Shown here: one piece after another, positions 39,872-52,784 of the stretch
How positions within the stretch are numbered: the stretch's first letter is position 1
Layout of the letters: the number at the start of each line of letters is the position of its first letter
Source of the DNA: Malacoraja senta
Taxonomy: Eukaryota
NCBI GenBank assembly: GCA_038087875.1
Contig: JAXLNO010000260.1
Coordinates: 1 to 64,000 of the forward strand
Direction of reading: 5' to 3'
DNA length: 64,000 nucleotides
Program-made: the position numbers and the translations under genes
The notes under the pieces: generated by a model
What the model was told of the DNA's origin: nothing
What the model saw: the letters and a program-made list of their open reading frames with translations, nothing else
The model's database searches: none

Positions 39872-40763
39872 AGGGCCTGTCCCATTAACGCGACTTTTCA
39901 GCAACTGTCTTCGACCATCAAGCTCGAGGGCACTCGCCTGAAAAACCTCGAGCTGGATCAACCGTCAGCGATGAAACCATGAGCTGGATCGACCGTCAGC
40001 ACACACATGCACACACAATACATCGCAAAGGCGGGGGCCAGGAAAAGCGGGGAGCGCTGTCGGAAATTCACAACAGGAAGGTGAAAGACGGCTGGCACAG
40101 TGTATGGTATGTCCTTTAGAGAGCGCCGGGGTGAAGGGGAGAGGGGAGAGGGAAAGGAGAGAGAAGGGAGACAGAAGGGGCGAGAATAGGGAGAGAAGGG
40201 GGAGAAGGGGAGATAACGGGAGAAGGGGAGGGAGGGGGGAGAGAGGGGGAAAGAAGTGGGGGAGAAGGAGTGGAGACAGTTTTAAGAAGCATAATAAAGT
40301 TAGCGGGCATTTTACCTACCGGTGGGTCTTCTACGTCGTGAAACTTCAATGAGCCAATCAAAATGGCCGGTCAGCGAAGGAGATTGCCTACGGCTGCCTT
40401 CGACTGCCTGTAAGTAAATAGCGACCCCACTCCACTGCCCTTCAACTGAACGGCAACCTATTTTTAGTCGAGACTGGTTTTAATCATGATGAAAAAAAAG
40501 CAGTAACCTAGATGAAGCCTCGACCACGCGGAAACCACTTTCGACCATTAGGGAGAGTGATCAAAACCTCCTGTGACCTTGTGGCGAGCATGGGTGGCGG
40601 GCAAGGTCACCAGAGGTGCTGTGGAGGTCTCCTAATTGGGACAGGCCCTTAACAGTGACCTCCTATGACCTCCTAGGACCACGTGTTGACCATGCTGCGA
40701 GTTTGAGTTGAGCGCAAACTCTTCTAAATTCGCAAATTAGGTCCCCGCAGTGGGACAGGCCCT
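39872..40763. mobile_element. Composite MITE: family E (39872-40649) plus a family-B terminal piece (40653-40763)
   Basis: One left TIR and two right TIRs, each followed by TAA; removing the whole block restores CR1 DEFNAKL-VVKRYD. Confidence 0.85.
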
Positions 40764-40999
40764 TAACTTTGCATTGAATTCATCCACCTTATTTCGAATG
40801 CTCCTCGCATTAAGGCACAAAGCTTTTAGGTTCGTTTTTCTTATCTCCCTTCTACCTTTTGCTTCTGTCCTCCTTTTATGGTCCTCTGACTCCTTGCATT
40901 GGGTCCCATCCCCCTGCCCTGTTAGTTTAAATGTGACCTTTCCTACACTCTCTTTCCCGTTAGCTGCACGGATACACGTCCACGTTGTTGACTCCACCC

Positions 41000-41770
41000 C
41001 CGCACATTAACACTATCCTTCACACACTAGGGACAATTTTCACATACATCATTTCAATTAACCTGCAAACCTTTACGTCTTTGGAGTGTGGGAGGAAACC
41101 GAAGATTTTGGAGAAAACCCACAAGGTGTTAAAGTCTGATTCGCTTCAAACAGCCAACAACACAATAAAGTTGGTAATAAAGCAATAATGCATTTATTTC
41201 GCCCAGGTGGGAGTGGGAGGCAACTAAGTATATAAACACAGTCACCGAGTTCCTCGTGTTCCACACACCAATCAGATGTACTTATACCACAATTGTCAGC
41301 AATTCAGCAATTCTTTATCTTACAGAGCATTGTACAGCCTCTTGCCTTGTTCCTATATGGTAATACTAAAGATCGGTAGTTTCTTCCGATAGAGGAAAGG
41401 TTATGTCCATGTATGGTTTTGCTCGAAGTGGCTATTCCTTATCTCTGCAGATTCAAACGGTCTTGTTTTTTACCTTGTTTACTCAGCGTCTACACTTTTC
41501 AATCTGGCTGAATATCCAGAGTAAAGGGTAAGGCACCAAGTGTCCTGTACATCTTGCTGAGTATTTAGATCATAGCACAAAGCACCCATTTTGTATACTT
41601 CTAAATCTACAAGCAGAGTTAATTTTGTAACCTACTTTATGTTTAACTCTTTCAACGGGGAGAAGGTACAAACTCCGTACAGACAGCACCCATAGTTGGG
41701 ATCGAACCTGGATGTCCGGCGCTGCAAGCGCTGTAAGGAAGCATCTCTGCCACTACACCACCGTGCCACA
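41000..41770 (-). mobile_element. V-SINE split by an unrelated insert of about 530 bp (41127-41657), possibly a solo LTR
   Basis: SINE body 41000-41126 resumes at 41658. The insert starts tgttaaag, ends tttcaacg and has AATAAA on the minus strand. Confidence 0.6.
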
Positions 41771-42033
41771 ACTTGTAACAGGTAACTTGAGATGGCTGTT
41801 GCGGGCAGAGTGCAAGTACTCTAATTTCAGGTAACCTTCAGGTCTCTGTTGGTTTCCCACTCTGACTGATCCACTGAGGCTCTCTCTCACTTTGTTAATT
41901 TTACAACCTCACAGCCCATCATCCACACAAATATTCACCTGGGTTTCTTCTCTTCTTAGCTACCTTTCCTATCCCCTCCACTACCTGTTACTTCTGCTCA
42001 TCATCCTTCTTTTATCCTGATCCACATCAACTA

Positions 42034-42313
42034 GGGCGGCACAGAGGTGCGGCAGTAGAGTTGCTGCAGAGACCCGGGTTCAATCCTGACCTCATGTGCT
42101 GTCTGTACTGAGTTTGTACGTTCTACCTGTAACCGCGTAGGTTTTCTCCAGGTGCTTTGGTTTCCTCCCACATTCCAAAGATGTCCAGGTTTTAGGTTAC
42201 TTGGCTTCTGTCATTTCTCCCGAGTATGTAGGATAGAACTAGTTAGTGTAAGGGTTATCGTGGTCGGTGCGAAGGGCTTGTTTCTCCAATGAATCTCAAA
42301 ACTAAACTAAACT
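42034..42313 (+). mobile_element. V-SINE
   Basis: Head, V-domain and (ctaaa)n tail. Confidence 0.85.
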
Positions 42314-42910
42314 GAATCATCTCCCACCATCTGCCTGAATCATCTTCCACCATCTTCCTTCCCCCTCCTCCCAAGTGGCTCCATTCGCTCATTTTTCCCC
42401 TTAATTTCCTTCTCTGTTTCCAATTATCATCTATCAAACTCAGTCTGAAAATCCCTCCACCCACTCCTCCATCTCTTTCCACCAGCCCACCTCCCCCACC
42501 TTACCTGATTCCACCTGTCACCTACCAGTCCCCGTCTCACCCTCCCTTTCCACTCTTTGTACTGACTATCTTCCCACTCTACACTTTGTCCTGGTGCAGG
42601 GTCTCGGTCTGAAATGTTGACTGTCCTGAACACACTCCGTTTGACCAGCTGAGTTTTTCCAGTAGCATGGTTTTTCGCTCTACATTCCAGTGTCTGCAGT
42701 CTCTTGTGACCTAATTATATTTTTGTTAAATTAGCATTTCCTTTTGTAAGTATCATTTGGGATAAGATACTGTAGATGCTGGAATCAAGAGCAAAACACA
42801 AAGTACTGAAGGAACTTACCAGGACAGCCCTGTATCTGGGATGGGAATGCGCAGGCGGTGTTCCATTCCCTCGCCTGATACACTTGTGGACCCAACAGTC
42901 TGACAAATGG

Positions 42911-43065
42911 AGCGAAGGAAATAGGCAACGTTTCGGGCCGAAACCCTTCTTTTCGGCCCGAAACGTTGCCTATTTCCTTCGCTCCATAGACGCTGCTGCA
43001 CCCGCTGAGTTTCTCCAGCATTTTTGTGTACCTTCGATTTTCCAGCATCTGCAGTTCCTTCTTTA
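42911..43065 (+). mobile_element. Short Penelope-tail insertion with 5' inversion and 21-bp flanking duplication
   Basis: acccaacagtctgacaaatgg at 42890-42910 and 43066-43086; perfect 37-bp inverted repeat at 42907-42943 / 42951-42987. Confidence 0.85.
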
Positions 43066-43235
43066 ACCCAACAGTCTGACAAATGGTCCTGAATTGAAAT
43101 GTTGCCTTTCCATTCTTCCCCAGATGCTACCTGACTGGTTGAGTATCTACAGCACTTGATGTTTTCATTTGTTGATTAATTATATCACTATAATTATGAA
43201 ACTACAAATAATAATAGTGTTACAACTATAAATTT

Positions 43236-43400
43236 TGTTTAGTTTCATTTAGTTTGGAGATACAGAGTGGAAACAGGCCCTTCGGCCCACCAAGACCGCA
43301 CTGACCAGCGATCCCCGCACATTAACATTGCCCTACACGCACGAGGTACAATTTACAATTAAACCAAAGCCAATTAACCGACAAACCTGTATGTCTTTAA
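43236..43400 (-). mobile_element. V-SINE 3' half
   Basis: tttagttt tail followed by gaaacaggcccttcggcccacc. Confidence 0.8.
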
Positions 43401-44334
43401 ATCTGAAACACATGCTGCAAAAATGTAATTTGCAGTTTAAAAACATCCATATGGACTTTGTAAATTCATGAAATCAGTGCAAAATTTGATAGTATTAGCT
43501 TATCTGCAACCTTATAGTTGCTGCTTTAATTCATAAAAAGTAGGAAAGAAAGGAAATACTGGGGTAACAAAAGAACGATGGAGGATATTGCAAACTGATG
43601 CCATAACAGCCTCTGCAACTTTAAATTTCTATCTGGAAACCTAGCAGAAATAAGCTTTATAGAACCAGTCTGATGTTTGTTTTTGCAAAGTTGAAACATG
43701 ACCAAGTGTTCCAGCTTCATTGAAGTGGGGAGTCAGATAATGCAAATTCACAAAAGTACAATCACTCCTTCCACCATTGTATTGAAAAAGCACAATTATC
43801 TCAAAGTTCTGAGCAGCATAAAAAATGAAAATCAATACATTTTTGTATTATAGAATCACAGAATTGCTGTGGTGCAGAAGAAAGCTCTTCAGCTGATTGA
43901 GCCTATGCCGGCTCAAAGTAATTAAATTGTACTAGTCACATTAAGAACATAGGCATTTTTTGTGATACTTTTCCATCGAACAAATCCAGGTTAAATTCTA
44001 CAGTGAAATAAACATGTCTAAGTGATTCAGTAGTTTACTTTAAATGAAGTAGTTTACTATAATTTATTTTGTTAATGGCAGCTGAATCAAACATTGAAAG
44101 TTCATATGGCAACTACCAAATTAGATGTTTTTTCAGAGGCAACTTTTTGATACATTCTCCTCTTTTTTCATTGCCCTGCAAATTACTTCATCTTTCCTTT
44201 TAAAGACACTGATTAATTGGTGTCCAGCAATGAATTCCAGATATCTGGTATTATTCAATGATTTCTGTTAAGGAAAGAAAATCTGTTACTTTTCACAGAT
44301 TTAGTAAATGTTTCTATCCAGACTCATTCACGTG

Positions 44335-45945
44335 CACAAAAGGACACAAAGTGCAGGAGTAACTCAACAGATCAGACAGCACCTTCGGAGAAAATGGATA
44401 GGTGACATTTTGGGCTGAAATCCTTTTTCAGACAATTTCCTCATTGACATGTACCCCCTCTAATCTTATCTTCTGCATTTGATGCTCCCGATGTGGTCTT
44501 CTTTACATCGGTGAGATCTAGAGTAGACTAGGCAACCATTTTGTTGAACATTTACGCTCGTTCTGCCAAGCTCTGCTCGACCTCACGGTTGCCAACCATT
44601 TTCACTTCCCATCCCATTCCCATACTGATATTGCAGCACTTTTTGCGATTAGCCTCACTGACAATAGAGGAGACATAGGATAGAAAGGTCAGTGTGGGAA
44701 TGGGAAGGAGAATTAAAGTGTTTAGCAACCGGAAGATCAGGTAGGTTCAGGCCGACTGCACGAAGGTGTTCAGCGAAACAATCGGCCAGTCTGTGTTTGG
44801 TCTCGCCAATGTATAAGACTCCACATCTTGAACAATGGATACAGTGAATGAGGTTGGAGGAGGTGCAAGTGAACCTCTGCCTAACCTGAAAGGACTGTCG
44901 GGGTCCCTGGACAGAGTCGAGGGAGGAGGTATAGGGAAAGGTGTTGCATCTTCTGCGGATGCAGGGGAAGGTACCTGGGGAGGGGGTGGGAAGGGTGGGA
45001 AGGGATTAGTTAACCAGGTAGTTGCGGAGGGAACGGTCTCTATGGAAGGCGGAAAGGGGTGCAGATGGGAAGATGTGAATAGTGTTGGGAACCCGTTGGA
45101 GCTGGCGAAAATTTCGGAGGATTATGTGTTGTGTGCGACAGTTGATGGGATGAAAGGTAAGGACGAGGGAGACTCTGTCTCTGTTGCGACTAGGTTTTTG
45201 CATTTAGCCTCACGCTGACAATGGAAGAGACCTCCATGAAGGAGATCCCAGCATTTCCTCTCTCTCTATCCCTCCCCCACCTTGACACATCTTTCATTCA
45301 TTGTTCTTTATCTCTCCACATCATCTATATCTCACTTTTCCCTTATCCCATTCATTCTCTCCAGATATGCTGCCTGTCACGCTGAGTTACTCCAGCTTTT
45401 TGTGCCCATACTGATGTTTCTGTCCTGAACCTCCTCCAATGCCAGACCGAGGTCACATGTAAACTGGGAGAACCGTTGGGTTTTATGCAACCCAAGCAGA
45501 ATATGAGCTGCATAAAACCCAACGGTATGAATGTTGAATTCTCCAAATTGGTACTAACACTCCTCACCCTTTTCTCCCCTTCTCTTCCCTGTCCCCCACT
45601 TGGAAGCACACCCATTTCTCCCTTTCCCTTCGCCCTTTCGCCTTCCACCTTTATTCTTTCCGTTGGCTTCATATTTTTTGCCTCTTCTTTCCTTATCTCA
45701 CTACCTTAAACTCTGGCCTTTGTCCAACCATCTGCCAATCCAAAATCCCCATCCACTTATCACTTGCCAGGCTTTGTCCCCCCTCTTGCTGTCTCCCTTT
45801 CCCTACGACCAGTCTGAAGATGGGCCTTGATCCGAAATATCACCTATTCATGCCTTCAAGAGATATTGCCTCACCTGTTGAGCTACTCCAAGCATGTTGT
45901 GTCTTTTTTTTTGCAAACCTGCTTCTGCAGTTCCCTGTGTCACTA
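44335..45945. mobile_element. Nested Penelope-like elements (linker and GIY-YIG regions on both strands)
   Basis: Plus strand reads CSRCGLLYIGEI..RLGNHFVEHL; minus strand reads RVSLVLTFHP...SAFHRDRSLRNYLV; hammerhead-like core ctgaagatgggccttgatccgaaa at 45814. Confidence 0.88.
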
Positions 45946-46569
45946 AGTTTGATATGATTTCCCCTTAAGAAAGGTCAGGTGAATATATGGCTGAGCTGCA
46001 GGGGTGAGTTTCAGGTTTTGGGACTGTTGTAGGGTAAACAATAGTGTAGGCTAATAATTAGTAAATAGGGATGTGGATTGTGCTAATGTGGTAACCTTGG
46101 CAGTAAGGTCGAGGGGGAGGACTCTGACAAAGAGCAATCCGACCTGTTCTTCCAGTTTACATGTGACCTGTACTGGATTCCTCCATGACAGAAAGGGGGC
46201 CTAAGAAGAAGATGGTAACAGGAAACCGCAGACAAAGCCTAACAGGAACTTCATTGATTATGCGTGCACCCATCATTATAACAGAAATTTGGATCTATTG
46301 TTAATGAATTTAGACTTGTGGATAATCATCTAATTCTGTTTGCCACCTAATTAAGTCTTCCTGAGTTCCATTCTGCAATAAGACCTAATTTTATTATTAA
46401 TCACATCCCTGTGCAAAACCTCATCATCTGAGAATATAGAAAATGTACGGAAGTCACATTTGACAGGTCAGCTTTGGCTGGGTTCCTGGTGCGCACCAGT
46501 CTAACAAATCACCCATTACTTCAAACACCAACTCCGCGTGGCCTTTCCATTTTGCTGCCACATGGACCA

Positions 46570-48210
46570 TTAGGTTCTCCTCTGGGGCAATATTGACCTA
46601 TTTATGCGGAGTGGGTTGCACTTGAACTAGAGGGGACCAACACCCTTGGCGGGAGATTTGCTAATGCTACTTGGGAGGGCTTAAACTAGATTAGCAGTGG
46701 GTAGAGTAGAATTGAGGCAGATGAGAGGTTGGGGTCGAATACTATAGTCAAAGAGGGCAACATTACCATGACAGGCGAGTGCACAGAAAAGCGAGAGGGA
46801 AATCCGATGCATTTGTGATATTTTTTTCAATGCCCAAGGCTTAACAGGTTAGACGGATGAATTCAAGGTGTGGATTGGCTTGTGACACTGACTATATTGA
46901 CAGAAACATGCCTGAGAAAACGGCACGAATGGCAGCTCAATATTCCAGGGGGGAGAAACTACAGACGTGATAGAGATGCAGGTAAGAGAGGAGGGTTGTT
47001 TGCCTTTTTGGTCAGGGAGGACATAACTGCAGGACTCAGATGGGATATTTGTGGGAAATTGTCTATTGAGCTATCTGAGTAGACCTTAGAAACAGGAAGG
47101 GAATTATCACTTTGATGGGACTGTATAATGGACCATCAACTTCCCCCTTCCTCTCCCACCCCCCCCCCCCCCCCCATTTTTCACCATGAATTAGAGGATG
47201 TGCAGATAGCTGCAAAAAGTATAGTGCAGTTTTTGTGGGTGTTTTTTTAACTTCCCTTATATTGACGAGGTCACCCATAGCACAAAGTGATTGCATGGGA
47301 TGGAATTGTTAAATGTATCCAAGAAAGATTCCTTAATCAAAATGCAGAAAATCCAATGAGAGAGGGCACAACAACATCCCAGGAATGAGTAGGTTAACAT
47401 ATGATGAGTGTTTGACGGCATTGTGCCTATATTCGCTGGGGTTTAGAAGAATGATGGGGGACCTCATTGAAATGTACAGAATAGTGAAAGGCTTGGATAG
47501 AGTGGATGTGGAGAGGATGTTTCCACTAGTGGGAGAGTCTAGGACTAGAAGTCATAGCCTCAGAATTGATGGACGTTCTTTTAGGAAGGAGATGAGGAGG
47601 AATTTCTTTAGTCAGATGTGGTGAATCTGTGGAATTCTTTAAGGCAGAGATAGATAGATTCTTGATTAGTACAGGTGTCAGAGGTTATGGGGAGAAGGCA
47701 GGAGAATGGGGTTAGGAGGGAGAGATGGATCAGCCATGATTGAATGGCGGAGCAGACTTGATGGGCCGAATGGCCTAATTCAACTATCACATGATCTTAT
47801 GATCTTATGAACAATGGATATTCTCTTTGGGGGTGGGGCAAGTGACAGAGTGTCATTGGGGAAGCACTTTGGGGCCAATGTCCATAATTTTCTGCGTTCT
47901 ATAGTAATGGAGGATAGGACCAGCCAACATGTTAAAATCTTAAATTGGGCCAAAGCTAATTTTTCAGACATTTGGCAAGAGCTTGCAGAGGTTGATTGGG
48001 AGATTCTGTTTGGAGGCAAGGGGGCAGCTAACAAGAAGGAGGCTTTCAAAAACAAGTAAGCACGCGTGCAGGGGAAACATATTGATATTTGGTTGAAAGC
48101 TGTCAAGTTTAGAGTAGCCTGGTTGACGAGAGATGTTGAAACTCTGGTCAGGAAAAAGAAGGGGGCATATGTCAGAAAAAGGCAGGATCAAGAGAATTCC
48201 TCCTGGAGTG
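46570..48210 (+). mobile_element. Old CR1 (ORF1 esterase end plus ORF2 endonuclease) with a younger CR1 3' fragment nested at about 47375-47810
   Basis: GLHLN*RGTNTL...GLN* (SGNH-like ORF1 end), LTETCL..WQLNIPG, LNWAKANF; nested piece GDLIEMYRIVKGLDRVDVERMFP. Confidence 0.8.
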
Positions 48211-48515
48211 CAGCCTGTTTCCATGTTATTGCTCAATGACTATGACTATGACTATGATGCTCAAAACTCCAGCACATTTCTCAGGTCAGGATTTAATTAG
48301 AGATGGACAACAAGTGCTGGCCTTTGCTCTCACATCCCATCAATGAACAAGTAAAGGAAAATGATTAACAAAGTCAGGGAGCATCCATAGGAGTTCTATT
48401 ATAAATTCAATGTGGTGCCATTATTTCATCTGTCCCTGATGATGCCTAATTAGCCAGCAATATCCTCCCTTTTCATAGCAGGAGGGGGATTTGACACCAC
48501 CCAAACCTACTGTAA

Positions 48516-49178
48516 TGCCCCTGTCCCACTTAGGCGATTTTTTTTGGCGACTACAGGCGACTAGGCTGTTTTGACATGGTCGCGGAATGAAGCCTGTACG
48601 GTCGTCAGTAATCTCCTCAAGTCGCCTAAAGAGTCGTAACGTTTTTCTGGTCTCCGCTGGATTTTGAAATGTTCAAAACTTTTCAGCGACTGTGGGTTTG
48701 ACGTAGTTTGTCTTCTCCTGTCGTAGGTGCTGTCGTAGGTTGTCGCCAGGATGACGCAGGTTGTCGCCAGGTGACGTTGGTTGTCGCCGGGTGCTGACTT
48801 CATGGAATTCCATTGGCGACTACCTATGCCAATTGGCGACAGGTACCGGCGACTGAATTGTCTTCAGTTGTCGCCAACAGGGTCGTTGCTTGTCGTAGCT
48901 TGTCGCGAGTGGACGTAGGTTGACTTTGGTTGTCGTAGGTTTTCGCCTGTGTGGTCGTAGTTTGTCGTAGGTATGGTCGTAAGTGGACGTCCTAAGTCCC
49001 GACGTTTGGGTCACCGGTTGTCGGTAGCTTGCCGTAGCTTCACGTCGAGTAGGTGGTAGGTTGTCGTAGACATTGTCGTGGGGGGGGGGGGGTCCAGTCG
49101 CCGCTTTTTGGGCGACCTGCTATGACTGTGACAGTCGCCGGCAGTAGCCAAAAAAATTGCCTAAGTGGGACAGGCCCA
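48516..49178. mobile_element. PIF/Harbinger-type MITE, family D
   Basis: tgcccctgtcccacttaggc / gcctaagtgggacaggccca, TAA TSD on both sides; interior built from gtcgtaggt / gtcgcc repeats. Confidence 0.92.
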
Positions 49179-50687
49179 TAAACGTTTGTCTTTTAAACAT
49201 GGCATGGACTGACTCCAGTATTTATTTAGGCTGAATTTTTCTTCAGATAACTCATTGTTTCAAACCAAAAGCTTTGATTGATACTGATGATCCCTGCTGA
49301 GTTGAATGGATTATCCATTTAACAAATTTATGCATTTATTGTAAATTAGTCTTATAATTTCCTTTTATTTATAAAAGAGTCTACATCTGACCATTTCTTT
49401 GTCTGATTATTAATTTAGAAGTTTACATGAAGCTCACTTAAACTGTATCCATAATAAATGTGTATTTCCCCATTCTCACAAGCCTTTGTCCTTCCAGGAG
49501 ATAGATAATAGGTTTATTTCTTTATACAAAGTTTATTTTCCAATTCGTTTTGCCGACCCTTCTTTGATGATTTCTTCCACTCATCCTGCAGGAGGAAGTC
49601 TTAATGAAGCATTTAATTATTTTTACCTTCATGAATTAATTAAAAAAGTTACTCGAAGTGAAATTGTGGTTATAAGGAAGGTACAAAGAGCAGCAAGGAT
49701 GTTGGTACATAGAGCACCAACTGGTGTTGAATAAACTTATTTATTTTAGATAGTGCAAGATTTAGAACCAATTCAAACCACATTCTGTATTGAAAAGAAT
49801 GGTTACAATACTTAGACGATCATTCTAAATCATCCATTCATTGTAATCCCAAAGCATTAGTGGTATAATTTTGTCATATACTGTACCTCAACCGCCAACA
49901 TGCGAGTGTTGCATTACAGAAACAAGGAAGTGGGCAGTGCTAGTTCAGAAAACAAAAGACACAAAGTGCTAGAGTACCTCAGGCAACATCTTTGGAGAAC
50001 ATGGACAGGTGGCGTTTCTGGTCACGACCACTTCAAACGGAAAAAGGCTCCCGACCCAAAACGTCGCCAATCCATGTGAGTTGCATTATGGCAATAAGGA
50101 AAGAACAATAGGCTGCTTGAGGAATTATTGTTCATGTTGTGGAGTACAATGTCCAATGTTAGTGTAAGGACAATTTGAAGGGCTGGGCTGTATTGGACTT
50201 CTAAGAAACGTGTCTTGTGTGTAAAAAGATGGAATAATAAATTATCTATTTCAAGATCAAAAGTGGAATTATAATTACAACATTGAAGAATAAATCCCAA
50301 TCAATAACAACTACTGTTATTTGTATTAATTAATTCACTTCTTATGATTGCTGCAGCAAAATATCTGTGCAAAATCTCTTATTTTTTTCCAAAAATATGA
50401 CTTCCATTATATCAATATTGCAGAGATGAAACGTACCTTTCATTGTAACACTAGTAATTTAGTGGTAAATAGAGTGACACATTTTAATTTATGGTGAAAA
50501 TCATTGCAGCAAAATTCCAATTAAAATGGGAGAAAACTAATGTTCCAATTTGTAACCTATGTAATTACATGGAATGATATTCTTTTTACAAAAATATATC
50601 ACATTGTAATGAAAATTAAAGCACCAAGAGTTATTGTTCATTATTTAGCAGGTAAAATATATCCACTAATGAACACAAGAAGGGGAG

Positions 50688-51000
50688 GGGTGAGCGGAAC
50701 AGTGGCACATCTGGCAGAACAGCTCCCGCACAGCCTGCTGGCTAAGGTTGAAATCTCTATCTCTATGGAGTTTGTACATTCATGTTGACACTGTATGGCT
50801 TTACCCTGGTGCTCTGAATTCCTCCCAAATGCCAAAGCCCCACAGTTTGGTAGGTTAATTGGCAATCGAATATGTTGCCTATGTGCGGGTGAGTGGTAGA
50901 ATCTGAAGGGAGGTAACGAGAGAGAAAGGAGAATAAAAATGGGTTTAGCGTAGTATTAGAATGGAAGCATCCATGAGGGTTCATGCGGTCTCAGTGGACC
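50688..51000 (+). mobile_element. Degenerate V-SINE
   Basis: cagtggcac...ggagtttgtacatt...ggtgctctgaattcctcccaaat. Confidence 0.6.
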
Positions 51001-51239
51001 TCTTTACATCCTGTAGGACTTCATGACTCCAAAATGTAATTCCATAATGTGCAAGTTTTGTTTGCAATAGGGTACCAATTTGCTTTCAAAAAGATGATTA
51101 AATAATAGTGGTTTATGTGTAGTTTTCTAAATGATACATTCTCGATACATACTGGAGTGCAGGAAGCACCACTATTATTTAATATAAGCACTGCCTTTCA
51201 GAATATTTACACAATATTTATGCAGATGTTGCCAGAAAT

Positions 51240-51702
51240 CGAGGGCCTGAGCTATAAGGAATCATTGGATAGGCTTGGAGTTTAATCCTTGGAGTGCAGC
51301 AGACTGGTGACTGGTCTTAAAGAGGTGTATAAAAGAATAATGAGAGGAATAGATAGGATGTACGCAGAGATCCCCCCCCCCCCCCCCAATGAAGATAATC
51401 AAAAACTAGAGGGTATATACTTGTGAGAAAAACAGTTTAATTGGAATCTGAGGGCCAACTGTTTCAAAGAGAGAGTTGTGAGTTTATGGAATGAGCTGCC
51501 AGAGGAAGTAGTTAGGGTAGATACAATAACAACTTTTAAAAGATATTTGGACGGGTACATAGATAGAAAATGTTTAGAGGGATTTGGGCCAAAACATAGG
51601 CAAGACGTAGGCAAATGGGATTAGTTTAAATTGTGGCACTTTGGCCAGCATGGAGTGGTTAGGTCGAAGGGCCTGTTTATATGTTGTACGAGTCTATGAC
51701 CC
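51240..51702 (+). mobile_element. CR1 3' fragment
   Basis: gagggcctgagctataagga...tggaatgagctgccagaggaagt...ggtcgaagggcctgttt. Confidence 0.85.
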
Positions 51703-51909
51703 TAAAATGCCCTCTCTTAAACTCTCAAGGAGTGCAAGACATCTGCAAGACTTCAGATAATGGCGTACTTTTGAGAGTAACTTACTCAGGTACTTACCTG
51801 AGTAAGTTGCATACTGAGCTTGAATAGGGAGGAGTAGAGGGGGACGAAGGACTATAAGCAGGAACCATGGTCACCCAGTTGGAAAGCAATTTTCCCACCT
51901 GAAGGCCCA

Positions 51910-52153
51910 AGCGCCTGTCCCATTTGGGCGTCATTTGCGCATCATGTAGGTGGCGCGCGAAGGTTTTGTGAATCCCAAAATCCTGGGGCGCCACGCGCAA
52001 CGCGCGTCACTGCCTACGACACCACGCCTCACCACGCACCATGCATGCGTAATGCATGCCATGCGCATGTCACAACGCGCGTGTCGTGTGTCGTGATGCA
52101 TAAATGATGTCGCATAAATGACGCGCACATCGCGCCCAAGTGGGACAGGCCCT
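51910..52153. mobile_element. PIF/Harbinger-type MITE, family F (short)
   Basis: agcgcctgtcccatttgggcg / cgcccaagtgggacaggccct followed by taa. Confidence 0.85.
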
Positions 52154-52784
52154 TAAATGAACAAAAATTATTTGGAAGGTATATACCTCTGAGATTACAG
52201 AGGATTTAAGCATTAGCAGATCAATAGATTCAATCAACAAACAATTCATTTTATTGACAGAGATTCCACCCTGTAAAACAAATCTCTGAAGAAAGCAGCA
52301 GTGAAAAGCGTTGGAGTTATAAAGTACCTTATGATGTGGTTCCAGTTCTTTGAGATATAGCTATGGAAGCTGCTCTGGCCTGGAAATGAATTCTGTTACA
52401 TTCATTGCACGTGCTATGCCAATACATGTTGCTGCATGCTAATGGAGTAAAATGTGCTGAAATTGCATGGCATTACTTTTTAATTTTATACTGTCCTTGT
52501 CTTGGATTCAGGACATTAAACCTTATTCAGTGTGTTGGTCAAGCTATTACTTGTTGTCTGTTAGCTTTCTGAATTCCAGCAGGCATGGTATTGCACAGTA
52601 CATGGGCCATTGATTTATTTTTTAATTGTTTGTTCTGTGCCGTAGAAATTTGCTTTCATCTCATCTCTTCTTTCAATACTTTTTTGATGTCTTCAAGTTT
52701 CTTTAAAGTCAGCCTAATCATAAAATGTGGTTTAAATTCCATGCTGGTCAAACTTGCCCTGCACAGATTTTCAGTGAATCATAA

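Larger units (their letters stand above)
36066..40990 (-). mobile_element. CR1 LINE covering nearly all of ORF2 (endonuclease to 3' tail), hit by three MITE insertions
   Basis: CLNARSIRNKVDEF, DIVGITETW, KSPGPDGLHP, DFQKAFDKVPH, KFADGT, RPHLEYCVQFWSP; (ctatgttt) tail. Confidence 0.95.
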
